DNA from: Candidatus Poribacteria bacterium
Lineage (GTDB): Bacteria; Poribacteria; WGA-4E; GCA-2687025
Direction: 5' to 3'
NCBI GenBank assembly: GCA_963665845.2
Contig: OY762492.1
Coordinates: forward strand, 3,808,001 to 3,872,000
Length of the DNA: 64,000 bases
A model generated the notes under the pieces. The model was given only the letters and a program-made list of their open reading frames with translations. It did not search any database and was not told the origin of the DNA. A program made the position numbers and the translations under genes. Of the stretch, positions 60,442 to 64,000 are shown piece by piece (within the stretch, counting starts at the first letter, position 1; each line of letters begins with the position of its first letter).

Positions 60442-61956
60442 ATGACGCCATTAGACAATCTTTCAAGCCTTCAGCATTACATTCCTGACGCCGCGTTGGC
60501 CTCCTTCGCCGTGTTAATTGTGATCGTGGATCTGTTCGCGCGCGGGCGCGGAAAAACGGCGGTCGGCGTTGTCTCCATCATCGCGCTGGCGGGCGCGGGC
60601 GCGTTGACGCTCTGGATGCCGCACACGGGCGAGCGGCTGTTTTACGGGATGGCGCGCCAAGACGGACTCGCGCAAACCTTCAAGCTGATCATCGTCGGCT
60701 GCGCGGCGATAACGCTGCTCGTATCGCTGCGGACGCAGGAGGTGGCGGAGCGGCTGCGCGGCGAGTTTTTTGCGCTCATGCTGTTTGCAACCTACGGCAT
60801 GTTCCTGATGGTCAGCGCGTCCAACCTGCTGACCGCGTATTTAGGCGTAGAACTGGCAAGCATCTCCTCCTATATCCTGGCTGGATTTTTGGCGAATCAG
60901 AGCCGCTCAAGCGAGGCGGCGTTCAAGTATGTCATCTACGGATCGGTCGCGTCGGGCGTCATGCTGTTCGGCGTGTCGCTTTTATACGGCATGGCGGGGA
61001 CGACCGACATCGCGCTCATGGGGGAGCGTTTGGCGGGCGCGCATCCGTTGGCGCTGACGATTGCGGTCGTGTTTCTCTTCGCCGGCGTCGGGTATAAGAT
61101 CGCGTCGGTTCCGTTTCATATGTGGTCGCCCGATGTGTATGAAGGTTCGCCGCTGCCGGTGACCGCGTTTCTGTCGGTGGCGTCTAAAGCGGCGGGTTTC
61201 GGGCTGACGCTGCGCATCTTCCGCGACGGACTGGGCGCGGAAGCGCTGCTCGCCAGCGTGGACTGGCCGCTGTTCCTGGCGCTGTTGAGCGCCGTGACGA
61301 TGACGGTCGGCAACCTCGCCGCGATGGGTCAAAAAAATGTGAAGCGGCTGCTGGCGTATTCCAGCATTGCGCATGGCGGCTATCTGTTGATGGGAATTGC
61401 GGCGCTCGGTTCGGGCGATTCGTCCGCGCCGACGGCAGCGATCCTGTTCTATCTGGCGGTTTATCTGTTCATGAACCTCGGCGCGTTTTTCGTGGTGATG
61501 CATCTGGCGGAGCCGTCCCGCCTCGGCTCGGAGGAGATGCCGGCATACCGCGGCTTGATACGGCGGTCGCCCGCGCTGGCGATTGTCATGAGCGTGTTTC
61601 TGTTTTCGTTGATAGGGCTGCCGCCGTTCGCCGGCTTTTGGGGAAAGCTGTATCTCTTCAAGTCGGTCGTGGACGCCAGCCTGGTTGAGGGCGGCGTCAA
61701 TGGGCATAACTTCGTCTGGCTCGTTCTGCTGGCGATGGCGAACAGCGCCATATCGCTTTACTACTACTTCGCCGTCGTGAAGGCGATGCTGCTAGATAGA
61801 GGCGAAGAGGAGACGCCGGTCAAAGCGCGCCCGATGTTCGCGTTCATTCTGCTGATACTGTTCCTGCCGACGCTGCTTTTCGGCTTCTTTACGAACGTGG
61901 ACGATTTCCGAGTGGACGAGGCGCCGGAAGCGTCCGCGTCCATTTTGGACGAATAA
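60442..61956 (+). CDS. nuoN: NADH-quinone oxidoreductase subunit N
   Basis: SSEAAFKY, KIASVPFHMWSPDVYEG, KRLLAYSSIAH, GLPPFAGFWGK. Confidence 0.97.
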   Translation: MTPLDNLSSLQHYIPDAALASFAVLIVIVDLFARGRGKTAVGVVSIIALAGAGALTLWMPHTGERLFYGMARQDGLAQTFKLIIVGCAAITLLVSLRTQEVAERLRGEFFALMLFATYGMFLMVSASNLLTAYLGVELASISSYILAGFLANQSRSSEAAFKYVIYGSVASGVMLFGVSLLYGMAGTTDIALMGERLAGAHPLALTIAVVFLFAGVGYKIASVPFHMWSPDVYEGSPLPVTAFLSVASKAAGFGLTLRIFRDGLGAEALLASVDWPLFLALLSAVTMTVGNLAAMGQKNVKRLLAYSSIAHGGYLLMGIAALGSGDSSAPTAAILFYLAVYLFMNLGAFFVVMHLAEPSRLGSEEMPAYRGLIRRSPALAIVMSVFLFSLIGLPPFAGFWGKLYLFKSVVDASLVEGGVNGHNFVWLVLLAMANSAISLYYYFAVVKAMLLDRGEEETPVKARPMFAFILLILFLPTLLFGFFTNVDDFRVDEAPEASASILDE

Positions 61957-61998
61957 ACGCCGTTGCGCTTTTTACATGAGGCGTCCGGCGGCGCAGCC

Positions 61999-62045
61999 CG
62001 TCATTCCCGCCTCTTCTTCCCGTCATTCCCGCGCAAGCGGGAATC
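61999..62045. repeat. REP palindrome(s) after the nuo operon
   Basis: Half copy CGTCATTCCCGC followed by a full CGTCATTCCCGCGCAAGCGGGAATC. Confidence 0.8.
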
Positions 62046-62099
62046 TTAGACGCCGTAGACGCCGTCTGTATTTGCGGCGCCGACATCAAACCGCCGCGC

Positions 62100-62128
62100 T
62101 TGACACCCGCGCCGAGTTACCGTATCAT
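62100..62128 (+). promoter_or_regulatory. sigma70-type promoter
   Basis: TTGACA-17 bp-TATCAT, 32 bp before ATG 62161. Confidence 0.65.
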
Positions 62129-62160
62129 CTGCCCAATAAAACCAACGCGGAGAACGACAC

Positions 62161-62757
62161 ATGACCATGCGCCAACGCCTCGCTCATATCGCCCTCGGCG
62201 GCGTCCTTGTTCTGTCGGGGATGATCGCCTCCAGCTTCCTGCAGACCGCCGACTCGCAGCAATCCCATACGGAGATCGTGAAAGCGCGCGAGTTTCATGT
62301 CGTGAATGCATACGGAACCACGACAGCCGTCATCGCATCCCGCCCCAATGGGTTGATGATTCAGAACGCTTCCAGTGAGACGGGCGGCCGTGTTTCCGTC
62401 ACCATAAATAGATACGGTAGCGGAATGTACATCCACAACGCTGCGGGCGAAATCAAAGCAAGTATCTACACCGAACTCGAATGGGGCGGCGTGCTGTCAA
62501 TCGATGCTGCCAAGGGTAATGGATCGGTTTTCATAGGACACAACGACAAAAAGAACGGCGGGCTGGTGTCCGTCAAAGGGGAGAATGGGTCCGCTCAGAT
62601 ATCGGTCAATGAGCACGGGGGAGGGGTGTGGATCTTCGGCAAAGGCAACAGTACATCCATGGCGGCCATGGGCGTCAACGAATACGGAAATGGCTATGTT
62701 AACACTTGGGACAAGAACGGATACCGTCTGGGCTCATTGCTTCCAATTGGGCACTGA
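62161..62757 (+). CDS. Hypothetical exported Gly/Asn-rich beta-repeat protein
   Basis: Signal/TM, then repeated .GG.(L/V).(I/V) beta hairpins. Confidence 0.7.
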   Translation: MTMRQRLAHIALGGVLVLSGMIASSFLQTADSQQSHTEIVKAREFHVVNAYGTTTAVIASRPNGLMIQNASSETGGRVSVTINRYGSGMYIHNAAGEIKASIYTELEWGGVLSIDAAKGNGSVFIGHNDKKNGGLVSVKGENGSAQISVNEHGGGVWIFGKGNSTSMAAMGVNEYGNGYVNTWDKNGYRLGSLLPIGH

Positions 62758-62945
62758 TGGCGGCAAGAATCGGCAGCATCATAATTTGGACAAGAACGGG
62801 TACCTGCAGCGTTAGAAGCCCGCTCTCTGCGTCGCAGGAACACCGCCCATTCAACTTCGGAGACCGCCGCTAGAATTTAACCTTGACTTTTCACGCAAGG
62901 CGCGACACACTATTACCGTTGAAAAATCAATCGGGAGACGAGCAA

Positions 62946-63491
62946 ATGAGTGAGCGACATCGAGTCTTTGTCAGCTACTACCACGCCGAGGATCAGGCTT
63001 ACAGGGAACATTTTGAACTTCTGTTTGCAGAGATCCACGACATTTTTGTGTCGGAATCCGTCGAAATCGGGGACATTGACCCAAACACAAAAACAGAGGA
63101 GATTCATCGAATCATTCGGGACAATTATCTCCGGGGTTCCACAGTGACCGTCGTGTTGGTTGGAGCCCACACCTGGCAACGAAAATTCGTGGATTGGGAA
63201 ATCGGCTCCAGCATCCGCCAAACAAAACACAGCTCTCGTTCAGGTCTTCTGGGGATTTTGTTGCCGACATACCCACGGACGGATCTGACCAAGTACGATC
63301 CCTACACAATTCCGCCGAGGCTCTACGACAACATCAAATGCGGTTACGCGACGATTCACAATTGGAACGATGATCCCAATGTCGTGCGAGACTGGATACA
63401 TGACGCATTCAAACGGAGAAAGGAAGTGCTGCCCGACAATTCTCGTCCTTCGTTCAAAAGGAACCGTTCAGGCGATAGGTGGTCTGATTAA
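62946..63491 (+). CDS. TIR-domain protein, ThsB/DUF1863-like
   Basis: RVFVSYYH..D, STVTVVLVG..TW.RKFVDWEI..S with the predicted catalytic Glu, GLLGI. Confidence 0.85.
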   Translation: MSERHRVFVSYYHAEDQAYREHFELLFAEIHDIFVSESVEIGDIDPNTKTEEIHRIIRDNYLRGSTVTVVLVGAHTWQRKFVDWEIGSSIRQTKHSSRSGLLGILLPTYPRTDLTKYDPYTIPPRLYDNIKCGYATIHNWNDDPNVVRDWIHDAFKRRKEVLPDNSRPSFKRNRSGDRWSD

Positions 63492-63992
63492 ATGATGGAA
63501 TTCGGTCCGGACACACTCGGCGCGCTCCTTGCCAGACTTGTGAACCTTGGCGTGCCTTTTGCAGCGAAATTCCTTGAATCAAAGCGAAATACAAGGGGGA
63601 ACGACCAGAAAGCGGCGTGGGACATGTATGTTGAAATGGCCACCCGAATCACCACACAGCCCCTAGACCCTGAGCATGGCGTCGAGAAAACGGCGTTAGA
63701 CAGCGTGTACTCTCTCTTCCAAACAACGAGGGATATACTCCACGAGCAAGGTCCTGATTGCGTGGAGTTCGCCCAAATCGCTCTCGTCATTCTCAATGAA
63801 AAGGTGCGGCCGTTTACAGCAGATTGGCACCGCAGAAGTTTGGCAGGAGCTTTTGACGACCCCGCCGCATGCGTTGAGTTTCGAGAGGAGCTGGAGTCGC
63901 TTCAAAAGATTTTGCGCGAATATATGAGGGTCCTCGCTGATATCGCCGGCATCGAAGATATTTCAGGCAGTTCGGATCCAGCGGAAGCGTAA
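63492..63992 (+). CDS. Hypothetical alpha-helical protein coupled to the TIR gene
   Basis: ATG immediately after the TIR TAA; AAWDMYVEMATRITTQPL...ALDSVYSLF..TR...NEKVRPFTADWH. Confidence 0.75.
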   Translation: MMEFGPDTLGALLARLVNLGVPFAAKFLESKRNTRGNDQKAAWDMYVEMATRITTQPLDPEHGVEKTALDSVYSLFQTTRDILHEQGPDCVEFAQIALVILNEKVRPFTADWHRRSLAGAFDDPAACVEFREELESLQKILREYMRVLADIAGIEDISGSSDPAEA

Positions 63993-64000
63993 ACCGCCTG

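Overview
GC-rich bacterial chromosome segment. Two features suggest a Candidatus Poribacteria-like organism (inference): secreted WD40 proteins ending in LLPNYPNPFNPETWIP, and a family of secreted proteins ending in SVSPxGxAAQxWxxLK. Housekeeping blocks: ffh-rpsP-khpA-trmD-rplS-rnhB-yraN (no rimM); phoH-7TM/HD-ybeY; queF; mtnA; mutS2-dnaG-rpoD; fba; tRNA-Ala(GGC); nadC-birA; and a complex I-like operon nuoABCDH-[lipoprotein]-JKL-[small ORF]-MN lacking nuoE/F/G and nuoI. The best-supported finding is an IS110 element (668-2216). It has split a GTCATTCCCGCG(C/T)AAGCGGGAAT palindromic repeat, its joined ends form a 17-bp-spaced sigma70 promoter, and its 5' non-coding end folds like a bridge RNA whose guides match both its own end junction and the repeat. 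Its recombinase has an in-frame TAG. Also present: 20 or more copies of that repeat, a MITE with 6-bp target duplications, six tandem diversified secreted paralogs, a WD40 protein with hypervariable positions, an unannotated CxxU selenoprotein, a Tat-signal DUF151 nuclease, a degenerate pyrophosphatase, and a ThsB-like TIR gene plus unknown partner (candidate defence system) at the right edge. All calls come from reading the sequence by eye; no database searches were run.
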